Shown piece by piece: positions 1-13,633 of a stretch of DNA of 64,000 nucleotides (position 1 is its first letter; each line of letters starts with the position of its first letter). The DNA comes from an uncultured Chloroflexia bacterium (GTDB taxonomy: Bacteria; Chloroflexota; Anaerolineae; B4-G1; SLSP01), in assembly GCA_963751345.1 (NCBI GenBank), contig CAVVUS010000040.1, positions 46,610 through 110,609 of the forward strand, read 5' to 3'. The notes under the pieces are model-generated. The model saw only the letters and a program-made list of their open reading frames with translations. It made no database searches and was not told where the DNA came from. The position numbers were made by a program, and so were the translations under genes.

Positions 1-673
<673 letters not shown>

Positions 674-690
674 TTACCAGTCCTCTGTCG

Positions 691-1485
691 TTACGATTGT
701 GACCTTTGCACCAGCATCCGTAGGCTCCCGGGACGGTACTCCAGATGATGCGTAATGTAGTGTTGCATCACGCTGGCCAACTCTGCAGCAGCGCCTTCGG
801 GAAACGGGAACTGCTTGACCTCTTCATAGGTTCGCCGCTGCAGGGCTTGCAGCCACGATAGCGCGCTCGGCGAAAGCTGCCTAACGCCGGGCTCCTGACG
901 GCTCGCCTTGAAACAAGACGCGCAGAGAGCTCCACCCCGCTCGGGATCGATGCCGTAAGGATTCCGGTCCGTGGGACGGGGTCGCAGCTCCTGAGCGCAC
1001 AGTTCAGCGTCTCCGTCGCCAACGCAAACGTGCCACTCAGGCCGAAACCCCGCCAGCGTCAACACTCGCTGCTCATACCACCGCACCAGCAGTTCCGGTG
1101 TCTCGTCTCGCTCCAGCGCCGACAGCGTCCAATCGAGCAGCTCGTAGAGCCGCTCGTCAGCCTCACGCTCGAAGAAACGCACGACCAACTCCCCCACGTA
1201 ACGAGCAAGTGTGCCGCGCTCGAAGTCATCCTGTAGGGCCGGGCGTAGGACTTCCGCCTCGGCCTGGCTGATGATGTCCCAGGAGTTCTGCACGCGCGAG
1301 ACAAGCATCTTTGTCCGCGCGAAAAGCTCCAGATGACCGGCTTTGCGCGACCGCGGCTTGCGCGTCCCCTTGGCGAGGAGATCGACACGCCCCTCAGGCG
1401 TCAGGCAGACGATCACGCGGTCGGCCTCTCCGTAATCTCGCCGACCGAGCACAATCCCCACAACCTGGTAGAGTCTCGAACGCAC
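691..1485 (-). CDS. recO: DNA repair protein RecO
   Basis: GIVLGRRDYGEADR...AKGTRKPRSRKAGHLELF N-terminal OB fold; C-terminal CxxC-type Zn motif (GGALCASC). Probable GTG start at 1485. Confidence 0.92.
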   Translation of the reverse strand: MRSRLYQVVGIVLGRRDYGEADRVIVCLTPEGRVDLLAKGTRKPRSRKAGHLELFARTKMLVSRVQNSWDIISQAEAEVLRPALQDDFERGTLARYVGELVVRFFEREADERLYELLDWTLSALERDETPELLVRWYEQRVLTLAGFRPEWHVCVGDGDAELCAQELRPRPTDRNPYGIDPERGGALCASCFKASRQEPGVRQLSPSALSWLQALQRRTYEEVKQFPFPEGAAAELASVMQHYITHHLEYRPGSLRMLVQRSQS

Positions 1486-1653
1486 CGTTTCCCCAATCTG
1501 TGTTGACGCCACGCTTGCTCGTCCACACAATGTCCTCGATTATACCACGGCGAGCCAGCTCAGGCCCTGGCTATGCTGAGAGGCGGGGGCAGGCTCGTCG
1601 ATCCAGGTACAGGTTTGCCGCCCCAGGTGTCCGGCAGCCAGAGGTCTCAACGT

Positions 1654-2166
1654 TCAGACGTCTCTCATCTCCCGACGCCCAACCCTTGACAATGCCTTCC
1701 TCAGGGCGTTGACCGACTCAGGCTCCGCCCAATCGGTCAGGCTTAGGCGATGACCCTCGGAATCGGTAGCCCACAGGCGGGCGAGCGGATAGACGTCGGG
1801 CGGCGTGTCCTCAAATCCCTCCGTCTCGACATCAAACGCGGCGACATCATCCAGAGCCAGGGTCCAGGCACTTCGTTCGCCGACCAACAGCCACGCCCTG
1901 GACCGCTGCACCTCGCCGCCGTCCGGAAGCCGTTCCAGCGATCCCCGATCGACCAGCGGTATCGTCACGGCCAGTATGCTCGCGATGACAACTCCTAGCA
2001 CCACCAGTCCCACGGTGACCGGCCACCGCGCCGGGCTCGGTGAAGGCAGGACCAGCCCAACCAGACATAGGATGCCGATGAGCACGCCAATCAGGATCTT
2101 TACAAGCGGGTTCCTCCTCTGCCAGGTGACCCGACTATGGCTCTCCTCGGTAATATCGATGTGCAT
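1654..2166 (-). CDS. Hypothetical membrane protein (2 TM helices)
   Basis: 170-aa ORF with two hydrophobic stretches followed by a soluble domain; divergent from the 2252 gene. Confidence 0.65.
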   Translation of the reverse strand: MHIDITEESHSRVTWQRRNPLVKILIGVLIGILCLVGLVLPSPSPARWPVTVGLVVLGVVIASILAVTIPLVDRGSLERLPDGGEVQRSRAWLLVGERSAWTLALDDVAAFDVETEGFEDTPPDVYPLARLWATDSEGHRLSLTDWAEPESVNALRKALSRVGRREMRDV

Positions 2167-2251
2167 TCACAACTCCAATGGTGCTCAAACTCAGCAGTGT
2201 AGTATACCGCACCTCACTTGATCAGCAACGCAGTCAGCATATAATAGAGGT

Positions 2252-4758
<2,507 letters not shown>

Positions 4759-4960
4759 ATCACCGGCCCTACGGATCCTTCTGAGGCCCGGGTGTCGGGA
4801 TCCCACCGGCCTGGCTGGGTTCGCCATCCCTCGCCCTCTCTGGGTCTGTGATGACCGATTCATCAGGTCTGGACACCCGCTACCCTAACGCGTGGATCAC
4901 GCTATCATATGCCCTGGGTCTGGCGGGCCAAGATCGTGGACACGAATGCGAGGAAGTGAC

Positions 4961-5482
4961 ATGAGCCTTTTCACAGGTACAGTAGGTAGGGGACCCCTTA
5001 TTCAGCGCCATCGCGGGTATGTCGCCAATGATCTACAGTGGATCGAGGGCAGTCTGGAGACGCTGGGGAATCCCCACGACTACATCAATCAGGACGGACT
5101 GGACGTGTTCACACTGGATGATGCACGGATCTCGCCCTGGTCCTTCACCGGTCTACCGAACAGCCGTTCGGCGCAGATCATCGTGCGGCGGGAGAGCACC
5201 CAGTTTCTCATCTTCACCGATGAAGAGACGGTGACGCAGTTTCGCGAGCCTCCTCGCACGGAGACCCTGATCTTGAACTCGCCGCTCGCCATCCTGCGGG
5301 GTCGCTTGCCGTTCCTCAGCGACGCCGGAGTCGCGAACTTCATGGATTTCTGGAAGGGCGACTTCGTACCGGTCATGGAGGTCCAGATTCACTACCTGGC
5401 ACCCAGCGCAGCCGATATGCCGCCGCGCGCCCGTCTGCTCTACATCAACAGAAGAGCGATCCAGAGCTACGTCGCTGTCTAG
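4961..5482 (+). CDS. Hypothetical protein
   Basis: ORF with SD (GAGGA) before ATG 4961; tightly followed by the next gene. Confidence 0.65.
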   Translation: MSLFTGTVGRGPLIQRHRGYVANDLQWIEGSLETLGNPHDYINQDGLDVFTLDDARISPWSFTGLPNSRSAQIIVRRESTQFLIFTDEETVTQFREPPRTETLILNSPLAILRGRLPFLSDAGVANFMDFWKGDFVPVMEVQIHYLAPSAADMPPRARLLYINRRAIQSYVAV

Positions 5483-5488
5483 GCCATA

Positions 5489-5863
5489 GTGAGAACGGCA
5501 GATGGGCGCGAGTGCCCCTACTACTACGCGGATGCGCACCGCATGGCCAGGCTCCGTGAGGTCTGTCACCTCCTTGACGGGACCACGGACAGCGCGCAAT
5601 GGACCTCGCGGCTCTGCGCGTCGTGCCCCACCCCGGACATAGCGAAGGCAAACCGGTGCGAGACAATGGTGCTGCACGCCCGAATCGGCAGGCCCCAATG
5701 GCGGTTCTGGGCTCGGCAGCGGATGATGGTTACGGCCACCTGCACCAGGAGCGGCGGGCCGGTCCGGGACCCTATGGTCGGATGCGGCCTCTGTCACCCG
5801 CCCCTGGAGTTCGTCGTCCCTCCCGATTCCGATACCCCAGAAGCAAAGGAGAGAGAAGCATGA
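5489..5863 (+). CDS. Hypothetical Cys-rich (probably metal-binding) protein
   Basis: ECPYYY..., CASC, CGLCH motifs; its stop overlaps the mtnP start (ATGA). Confidence 0.7.
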   Translation: MRTADGRECPYYYADAHRMARLREVCHLLDGTTDSAQWTSRLCASCPTPDIAKANRCETMVLHARIGRPQWRFWARQRMMVTATCTRSGGPVRDPMVGCGLCHPPLEFVVPPDSDTPEAKEREA

Positions 5864-6735
5864 TGGAGAAAGTCGCGGTTGGCGTCATCGGTGGCTCCGG
5901 GCTCTACCAGATGGACGGGCTGGAGAACATCCGAACCGTCGAGATCGATACCCCCTACGGCAATCCCAGCGATGCCATCGTGATCGGTGAGATCGAGGGT
6001 GTCGCGGCGGCATTTCTGCCGCGGCACGGGCGCGGCCACATCCTTACGCCGACAGAGGTACCGTACCAGGCAAACATCCACGCTCTCAAGCAGCTAGGGG
6101 CGAGCCGAATCGTCAGTGTGTCCGCATGTGGTTCTCTTCGCGAGCACCTGGCGCCCGGCGACATCGTGATACCTGACCAGATATTCGACTTCACTAAGCT
6201 GCGCAAGAGCACCTTCTTTGGTGACGGGCTCGTCGCCCATGTCTCGGTCGCTGACCCCTTCTGCTCGCAGCTCTCCGAGGCACTCGCGGTGGCAGTTGAG
6301 GCTTCTGGCGGTCCGGTACACCGGGGCGGGACCTACATCACCATCGAGGGGCCACGCTTCAGCACCAAGGCCGAGAGCCGTGTGTTCCGTGCGTGGGGGA
6401 TGGATGTCATTGGTATGACGGCCAGTCCCGAGATCTTCCTCGCCAGGGAGGCCGGGATGTGCTACACGACGATGGCGCATGTGACCGACTACGACGTCTG
6501 GCACGAGTCCGAAGATCCTGTTACCGTCGAGATGGTCATCCGCCAACTCAACGCCAACGTGCATCTCGCGCAGGACGCTATCCGCAGGCTCATCCCGCAA
6601 CTGGCAGGCACGACCTTCACCTGTGAGTGCGGAGGTGCGCTGGCTACGGCTCTGATCACCGACCGAAGCCGGATTCCCGATGCGACCAGGCGCAAGGTCT
6701 CCCTCCTGACCGGCTCCTCTCTGAGCGAGGCCTGA
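5860..6735 (+). CDS. mtnP: S-methyl-5'-thioadenosine phosphorylase
   Basis: GVIGGSGLY, FLPRHGRGH, IEGPRFSTKAES, VIGMT, VTDYDVW motifs. Confidence 0.93.
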   Translation: MMEKVAVGVIGGSGLYQMDGLENIRTVEIDTPYGNPSDAIVIGEIEGVAAAFLPRHGRGHILTPTEVPYQANIHALKQLGASRIVSVSACGSLREHLAPGDIVIPDQIFDFTKLRKSTFFGDGLVAHVSVADPFCSQLSEALAVAVEASGGPVHRGGTYITIEGPRFSTKAESRVFRAWGMDVIGMTASPEIFLAREAGMCYTTMAHVTDYDVWHESEDPVTVEMVIRQLNANVHLAQDAIRRLIPQLAGTTFTCECGGALATALITDRSRIPDATRRKVSLLTGSSLSEA

Positions 6736-6791
6736 CCGACCTCCAAAGCATGGGCACGCGACCGATCTCTCGCCGGAGCGTCTGGCACATC

Positions 6792-9440
6792 ATGTCAGAC
6801 ACGACGGTGAGCACACTCCTCTTCGCCGCGGCGGCGCTCTTCATGGCGGTAGGGCTCGTCACGCTGCACTTCGCGCCCAGCCCCCAGGGGCTTGACGTCT
6901 GGCATCTCCTGGCGGTTGGACTGGGCTGGGCGATCGCCTGGGGCGGTAGTGCGCGGCTTCTGAGCTCGCGCCGGGCAGAGTTCGATCGTATCCTCCTGCC
7001 GCTCGTCGCGCTGCTCACCGGATGGGGACTTCTGATGCAGGCGCGTTTGGCGCCCGCGATGCTCTACCGGCAAGTGCTGTGGCTGCTGATCGGGTGCGGT
7101 GTGATGTGCGCAGCCGCGCTGACTCCCGGGCTCGCCCGACTGCTCCGCCGCTACCGCTATACGCTCCTGACAGTGGGAATCCTCCTGCTTGGGGCGACCC
7201 TCGTCTTCGGCGTCAACCCCTCCGGCTACGGTCAGGAGTTGTGGCTGGGCGCATTTGGTGTCTACGTGCAGCCATCGGAACCGCTCAAGCTCCTGCTGGT
7301 CATCTACCTGGCGGCTTACCTCTCCGATAAGCGAGACCTGCCAAAGACTAAGGCCGCAAACCGCCCTATATGGATGGCCGTGCTGGGGCCGATGGCGGCC
7401 ATGGTCGGCCTGGCGCTTCTTCTGCTGGGTTGGCAGCAGGACTTGGGCGCGGCGCTGCTCTTCTACCTCACGTTCGTGATGATGGTCTTCCTCGCGTGGG
7501 GGAACGGTTGGTACGTTCTGCTGAGCTTGGTCTTCTTCCTGCCGGTTGGTCTGGCGGGCTACCTGCTCTCTGCCAGGGTCGCCCTTCGCGTCAGCATCTG
7601 GCTAAATCCCTGGGCGCCCGCACAGGCCGATCGCGCTTTCCAGATCCTTCAATCGCTCTTCGCCTTTGGCGCGGGGGGACTTATCGGCCAGGGGCTGGGA
7701 CAGGGCGCCCCCGGCTTGATCCCGGCGGTGCACACGGACTTTGTCTATGCGGCCCTCGCCGAGGAATTCGGGGCGTTTGGCACCATCGCAGTTCTCCTGT
7801 TGATGGCAGCCGTCGTCTACAGGGGAATCCGACTGGCGCAGCGGTCCGAATCCACGTTCGAATCATTGGTTGCAGGAGGGATCGCGGCCCTGATAGGCAT
7901 TCAGACCTGGGTCATCGCGGGCGGCAACACCAAGCTAATCCCCATCACCGGCGTCACGTTCCCTTTCTTGAGCTACGGAGGCTCCTCACTTCTCACGATG
8001 CTGACCGCGGTAGGCCTCCTCCTGAATCTGTCGGCCCCCCACGCGCTGCCGCTCAGTCTGACGCTCGAGCCGAGTGCGAATCGGCCGCTGAGAGACACCG
8101 CCGGTCGCCTCGGCCAGGGCATGCTTATTCTGTTCGGGAGTCTCTCTCTGATCACCGGCCTGTGGTCATTGGTCCGCTCGCGAGAGCTACAGCAGTACCC
8201 CAGCAACCCACGGATCGTCCTCTCCGAAAGTCGCATACAACGGGGGAGAATCCTCGACCGTAACGGCAACAGCCTCGCAGACATCGTCCTGGATGACCAG
8301 GGCTACGTCACCCGGAGCTACCCGCTGCCCGAGGCCGCGCCGGTCATCGGGTTCTCGACGCTGGCTTACGGCACCGACGGCATCGAGGCGGCCTGCGATG
8401 CCCGGCTGCGTGGCGACGTCGGCTTGTCGGCGTGGGAGGGGTTGCGCCGGAGTCTGCTCCATATCGACCCGATCGGCCGTGACGTGCGGCTTACCATTGA
8501 CGCCCGTCTTCAGGCGTACGCAGAGGATCGACTCCATGATCTTACCGGCGCCGTGGTCCTGGTAGATGCCCGTACCGGTGAGATCCTGGCGCTCGGGTCG
8601 TCGCCGGCCTACAACTCGGCAACGGTGGCAGAGGTGTGGCCGGAGCTGAGCGCCGCCGCGAATTCGCCCTTCCTCAATCGTGCGACACAGGGCCTCGCTC
8701 AGCCCGGCACGAGTCTCCAGCCTTTTATCCTGGCCTCGGCACTTCAGCAGGAGCCAACCCTTCAGCCGGCGGAACCGATCACGCAGTCTGTGACCTTCAA
8801 TGGCATCACGGTCGCGTGCAGCGGTGTGCCCGCCGACGGCAGTTGGGGCGCTGCACTCAGCTCGGCCTGCCCCGCTCCCTTCAAGCAGGCAGCGCGCGGG
8901 ATGGGCAGCGCCGCATTCACCGAAAGCCTCGCCCGCTGGGGATTCCTGGACGCGCCAACCCTCACCCTACCCACCGTGGCCTCAGACCTCCAGGAGCGGC
9001 CGCTTGAGCCTGCTGAGGAGGCCCTCGGGCAAGGGAACCTCCTGGTTACTCCCTTGCAGATGGCGCAGGCGATGGCCGCACTGGGTAACGATGGGGTCCG
9101 TCCCGACTTGAGCGTACTGGACGCCCCACTGGACGGGTGTACGCCAACCGCGCCATCGTCCGGCGCGGGCGTCCGCGTAATAGACGCGGAGACGGCGGAG
9201 CAGGTACGGCAGATGCTGGATACGTACCCTGGCGCCGTGGGGCACCTCGGCACATCTTTCGCCGGACCCGATCGCCAGCAAGCATGGTTCGTCGGCCTGA
9301 ACTCAGCAAGCGTGCCACGCTATGCCGTCGCCGTCCTGATCGACCACATGGAGGATCCACAGCTCGCCGCAGAAATCGGCACGGATCTTCTCAGGCTGCT
9401 GCCCGAGCTCCAACGCACTGAGGCCACCGGCCCCGACTAG
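6792..9440 (+). CDS. FtsW/RodA (SEDS) glycosyltransferase fused to a class B PBP-like domain with degenerate catalytic motifs
   Basis: SEDS motifs QPSEPLKL, DLGAA, HTDF and IPITGVTFPFLSYGGSS, then in the same frame RGRILDRNG, GAVVLVDARTGEILAL, NRATQG and GQG.LLVTPLQMA. Confidence 0.88.
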   Translation: MSDTTVSTLLFAAAALFMAVGLVTLHFAPSPQGLDVWHLLAVGLGWAIAWGGSARLLSSRRAEFDRILLPLVALLTGWGLLMQARLAPAMLYRQVLWLLIGCGVMCAAALTPGLARLLRRYRYTLLTVGILLLGATLVFGVNPSGYGQELWLGAFGVYVQPSEPLKLLLVIYLAAYLSDKRDLPKTKAANRPIWMAVLGPMAAMVGLALLLLGWQQDLGAALLFYLTFVMMVFLAWGNGWYVLLSLVFFLPVGLAGYLLSARVALRVSIWLNPWAPAQADRAFQILQSLFAFGAGGLIGQGLGQGAPGLIPAVHTDFVYAALAEEFGAFGTIAVLLLMAAVVYRGIRLAQRSESTFESLVAGGIAALIGIQTWVIAGGNTKLIPITGVTFPFLSYGGSSLLTMLTAVGLLLNLSAPHALPLSLTLEPSANRPLRDTAGRLGQGMLILFGSLSLITGLWSLVRSRELQQYPSNPRIVLSESRIQRGRILDRNGNSLADIVLDDQGYVTRSYPLPEAAPVIGFSTLAYGTDGIEAACDARLRGDVGLSAWEGLRRSLLHIDPIGRDVRLTIDARLQAYAEDRLHDLTGAVVLVDARTGEILALGSSPAYNSATVAEVWPELSAAANSPFLNRATQGLAQPGTSLQPFILASALQQEPTLQPAEPITQSVTFNGITVACSGVPADGSWGAALSSACPAPFKQAARGMGSAAFTESLARWGFLDAPTLTLPTVASDLQERPLEPAEEALGQGNLLVTPLQMAQAMAALGNDGVRPDLSVLDAPLDGCTPTAPSSGAGVRVIDAETAEQVRQMLDTYPGAVGHLGTSFAGPDRQQAWFVGLNSASVPRYAVAVLIDHMEDPQLAAEIGTDLLRLLPELQRTEATGPD

Positions 9441-9486
9441 TCCCCAGATATCATAGTCAGTTTCTAACTCTGCGCTAGTTTTTGGT

Positions 9487-9514
9487 TTGACAAGCCTTCA
9501 TTTTCTAATATCAT
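9487..9514 (+). promoter_or_regulatory. Sigma70-type promoter for the response regulator operon
   Basis: TTGACA (9487-9492), 16-nt spacer, TATCAT (9509-9514) in an AT-rich intergenic stretch. Confidence 0.6.
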
Positions 9515-9641
9515 AGAGTTAGAGTGTAGACGGACTCTGTCTGAACCCTGAACTCATCTGTACGTCTTGCCTGGCCGGGTTGAGGGACTGCCTTTGCCTG
9601 GCCGGTGATCGCCACCTAGCAGAGCTGTCGAGGAGCACGAT

Positions 9642-10343
9642 ATGAGCGAAACGATCCTTCTGATTGAAGACGATGAGGCACTGGCGCAGCTTGTGCAACT
9701 CCTGTTGGAACGCGCCGGGTACACCGTTCAGGCAGCGAACAGCGGCGAAGCTGGACTCAAGCTCGCTCGTGAGAGCCCACTGAATCTGGTCCTACTCGAC
9801 ATCCTGATGCCCGATATGGATGGATGGCACGTCTACGAGGCGCTCCGACGAATCACGGATGCGCCGGTGCTCTTCCTGACGGCCCTGGGCGATGAGCACA
9901 ACATTACGTACGGCCTGGGACTTGGGGCGGATGACTACATCGTGAAGCCCTTCGGCTACAAGGAGCTCGTAACCCGCGTCAAAGCCGCGCTTTCGCGCGC
10001 CCGGCGCGCACGTGGCGAGCAGACGGTTTTTGAAACGGGCACGCTCCAGGTCAACCTTGACACCCATGAGGTCAAGATCGACAGTCGCGAAGTCAGCCTT
10101 ACGCCTACAGAATTCCAATTGCTCTCCGCGCTCGTCCAGGATGCCGGCCGTACCGTCACCCACGACACACTGCTCCGGCGGGTTTGGGGACCCGAGTACT
10201 CAAATCGGCGTGATTACCTGAAACTCTACATCTGGTACCTGCGCCAGAAGATCGAGAAAGACCCACGTGACCCCGAGCGGATCATCAGCGAGCGCGGCCA
10301 GGGATACCGCCTGGTCGTCGAGCCGCAGGAGGTCGAGGCATAG
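9642..10343 (+). CDS. OmpR/KdpE-family response regulator
   Basis: Receiver domain (IEDD, LLDILMP, GADDYIVKPF) plus winged helix (LTPTEFQLL, LRQKIE...GQGYRL). Confidence 0.93.
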   Translation: MSETILLIEDDEALAQLVQLLLERAGYTVQAANSGEAGLKLARESPLNLVLLDILMPDMDGWHVYEALRRITDAPVLFLTALGDEHNITYGLGLGADDYIVKPFGYKELVTRVKAALSRARRARGEQTVFETGTLQVNLDTHEVKIDSREVSLTPTEFQLLSALVQDAGRTVTHDTLLRRVWGPEYSNRRDYLKLYIWYLRQKIEKDPRDPERIISERGQGYRLVVEPQEVEA

Positions 10344-10346
10344 ACC

Positions 10347-12780
10347 GTGCTCCTCATGGAAGTGCTCCAATCGAGGGAGACCTGGCACTTCGACATCCGC
10401 TCGGCCATCATCGGGGCCATCCTCGCCTGGATCGTGGTCGGCGCTCTCTACAGCCAGCGTGTGGTCGTGCGCCGGGTTGCTCGCAACGTCTGGGAGCCGA
10501 TCGCAGCTTGGCGCCGTAGGCTCAGGGCCAGCCAGGGAGAGAAATACGCAAGAGCCTTAGAGGAGACGCTCAGGCGTCTCCTGTTGCTTGAACCCACGTC
10601 ACCAGACCTCGTTCTCAGGTCACCTACGTACCAGGCGCTCGCCCCGCTGCCGACAAGTGTGGCAGAGGCTGCAACGGCCCCCCGTACCATGAGCGTGCCG
10701 CAGGCCGCGCTGCTGGCCGGGCATAACAGACTCGTTCTCACGGGAAGGCAGGGAACCGGTCGCACGTCAGCACTCATCATCACCGCGCGAGAGCTGATGA
10801 GCGCGGGGCGCGGCGAGGCCGATCGCCAGGCGCAGCGTCTGCCGGTGTGGATTGACCTGGCATGCCTCCCGCAGGCCAAGGTAAAGCGGAAGACGACGCC
10901 GGTGGACCAGCTTGTGGAGCTGGCGACAGCGTTTCTTCCGGAGGTGCTCCCATCGTGGCTCTCCCAGCGTCTGCGGCGGGAGCCGTGCGCCATACTCATG
11001 GACAACTGGGAAGCATTGACCCAGGATCAGCGCATGCAAGTCGCCGGATGGATCCGTGACGCCAACGAGAGCTTCGACGACGTCGTCTGGATTGTAGCGA
11101 GCGCACCGGAGGGCTACGGCCTGCTCGTAGAGGCAGGCTTCGTGCCCATCGAGCTTCGGACGGGCCTGGACAGGGCCAAGGTGTCTGGCCTATATCAAGC
11201 CTGGCGCGAACTACTTGCCAAGGACGGTGCCCAGAGTGATGACGAGATCCCGGACGCCATCCTTGAGGCTGCGGATGCCGGGGCGCCCCTCTGGGAGCTT
11301 CACCTGCGATCGCTCGTGCATCTTGAGACCGGCGAGCTGCCGGAGCGACCGGTCGAAGTCATCGATCGCGCACTGCAGCTCAAAATGGAAGCCGTTGACC
11401 TCGGCCGCATGCCCGAGGATGCTGCCGTCCAGGCAAGGGAGATCGCTCTATTGGCCATGGTGAAGCTCGCCGTGGCGGAGCGGCTGGAGGGCCATGTCCT
11501 CTCGGAACAGGTGCTGCGCAGCACTATCGTGGCAAGTATGCCACCGAAGCCTGATCACGCGCGGCGATTGGAGGCCACGGTTCACAAGCTCTTGACCACG
11601 AGTGGTCTGCTGCGCGCAGAGGGCAAGGATTGGCGGATCGCGCATGGGATATGGGCGGACTACCTGGCGGCAATCCATATGGCCGAGAGCGAGGAGGGGA
11701 ATGCCGAGGTCGAGGAGCACCTGGATGACCCGACCTGGGACATGCTTACTGAACTCTACGCAGGGATGGCAGATGTTGGGGCTATGGTCCAGACGCTGGC
11801 CAACCAAGCCGCAGTAGAGGCTGATGAGTGGCCCTTGCTGCGGGCGGCGCGCTGGGGAGTCTCGGCCGACCCGGGACAGCCCTGGCGCAAAGCTCTCAAC
11901 AAAGTGCTCGCCCAGGCTTTCATGCGTGAGACGCTGGATACGAGAGAGCCGGCTGGAGCTCACCCACGCACTGGCATCGGTCGCCGGCGATGGGGCACGG
12001 GCGTTCTTCGTTCGAATGCTGCGACAGTCGGCCCCAGGTCTTCGCGCCGCATCACTGCGTGGATTGGGCTGGTGCGGCGAGACCCACGATATGGCCGTTC
12101 TCGCTGCGGCGCTGCGCGATCAGGACCAGGGCATTCGCGAGAGCGCCGTCAAGGCGCTGCGGGATCTGGGCACCCCTGGCGCCGTCGCTTATTTGGTCGA
12201 GAGCCTGCCCCAGGTGGACGAGACGCTGATGCCCGTCATCGCCGAGGCCCTTGCAGCGTCACCGGAGGGCGAACGAGCTCTCGACGAAGCCGTCAGACAC
12301 CCAGATCTTCTCGTGCGACGGGCGGCAGCCCTCGGTCTCGGTCACGTCAGTGACGCTTGGGCGAGAGAACGGCTGTTGGAGATTGCGCGCGAGGACGCGG
12401 AATGGCTCGTGCGCTCAGCGGCAGAGACGGCCCTGCAGAGGCTCGACGAACACGCACAACGCCAGGTCAGGATACCGCCGCAGCCGCAGCCCGACCAACT
12501 CGACTGGCTCATGGGATGGGCAGCCCGCCAGGGCAGCGGGTTGGGCGTCGGAGACGCGGCCATGCAGATGTTGGTGCGCGCTGCACGTGAAGGCAATGTC
12601 GACGCCAAGGTTCTGAGCGCTCTTACGCTGGCCCAAATCGGCAGAGAGGATGATCTGCGGGCATTGGAGCCCCTTCTGGGAGATCCGGATCTCGCTGTGA
12701 GCCAGACAGCAGCTTGGGCCACTCGGAGGATTAGGAAGCGCTATCGGCTCGCCGAGACGCTGATGACATCGGGCGACTGA
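10347..12780 (+). CDS. Membrane-anchored NACHT-like NTPase with C-terminal HEAT repeats (frameshift near 11940)
   Basis: N-terminal TM, P-loop-like LTGRQGTGRTS, Walker B-like ILMDNWE. HEAT repeats (LRDQDQGIRESAVKAL, HPDLLVRRAAALGLG) continue in ORF 11824..12780. Confidence 0.75.
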
Positions 12781-12828
12781 TATGCGCGGCGTATTGGGCG
12801 GACGAGCCGGTTCGCCCGCGCGCGAACG

Positions 12829-13626
12829 TTACGCCGTCTCAGGCTGCCAGGTGACTACGTGTCCATCCCCGGATAGGATCTCGCGGGCCAGTGCCATATA
12901 GGCCACGGCGCCCTGCGAACGTGGTGCATAGCAGACGCCGGGCTCCCCGTAGCTCGGTGCTTCGCTCAGGCGCACACTTCGGGGAATGACCGAAGCGAAG
13001 ACGCGCTTTGGGAAGTACCGTCGGACCTCCTCCACAACTTCGTGCGCCAGCGATGTGCGTCGATCGTACATCGTCATCACGACCCCACGAAGCGCCAGGT
13101 TCTTATTGAGGGCACGCTGCACCAATGTGATCGTGTGCGTGAGCTGGGTCAAGCCCTCAAGCGCGAGATACTCGCACTGGACCGGGACGATCACGCCCTG
13201 AGCTGCCACCAAGGCGTTCACGGTGAGCACACCCAGGCTGGGGGGGGAGTCAATCAAGAGATAGTCATAGCCCTCGACCGACGCCAGAGCTGTCGCAAGT
13301 CGTGCCACCCGCAGATGCGCAGGCTCGGAGTTCAGCTCAACCGAGGCCCCGGCCAGACCGGGCGTGCTGGGCACCAGCGACAGGCCGTCCCACCGCGTGG
13401 CCCGCTCGATCTCGGCAATCGAGGTATCCCCGACGAGCGCATCATAGATCGAGGAGTCCAGCGAGCGCGCGTCCAGGCCCAGACTCGTCGTGGCATTGCA
13501 CTGAGGATCGATATCGACGACCAGCACACGAAAGCCCCAGCCCGCCATCGCAGCAGCCACGTTAACGACGGTCGTGGTCTTGCCCACACCGCCCTTCTGG
13601 TTCGCGAACGCATAGCGTAGCGTCAT
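12829..13626 (-). CDS. parA: ParA/Soj family ATPase
   Basis: NQKGGVGKTTT, VDIDPQCNAT, IDSPPSLG, PVQCEYLALEG, IPRSVRLSEAPSYG. Confidence 0.93.
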   Translation of the reverse strand: MTLRYAFANQKGGVGKTTTVVNVAAAMAGWGFRVLVVDIDPQCNATTSLGLDARSLDSSIYDALVGDTSIAEIERATRWDGLSLVPSTPGLAGASVELNSEPAHLRVARLATALASVEGYDYLLIDSPPSLGVLTVNALVAAQGVIVPVQCEYLALEGLTQLTHTITLVQRALNKNLALRGVVMTMYDRRTSLAHEVVEEVRRYFPKRVFASVIPRSVRLSEAPSYGEPGVCYAPRSQGAVAYMALAREILSGDGHVVTWQPETA

Positions 13627-13633
13627 CTCTTGG

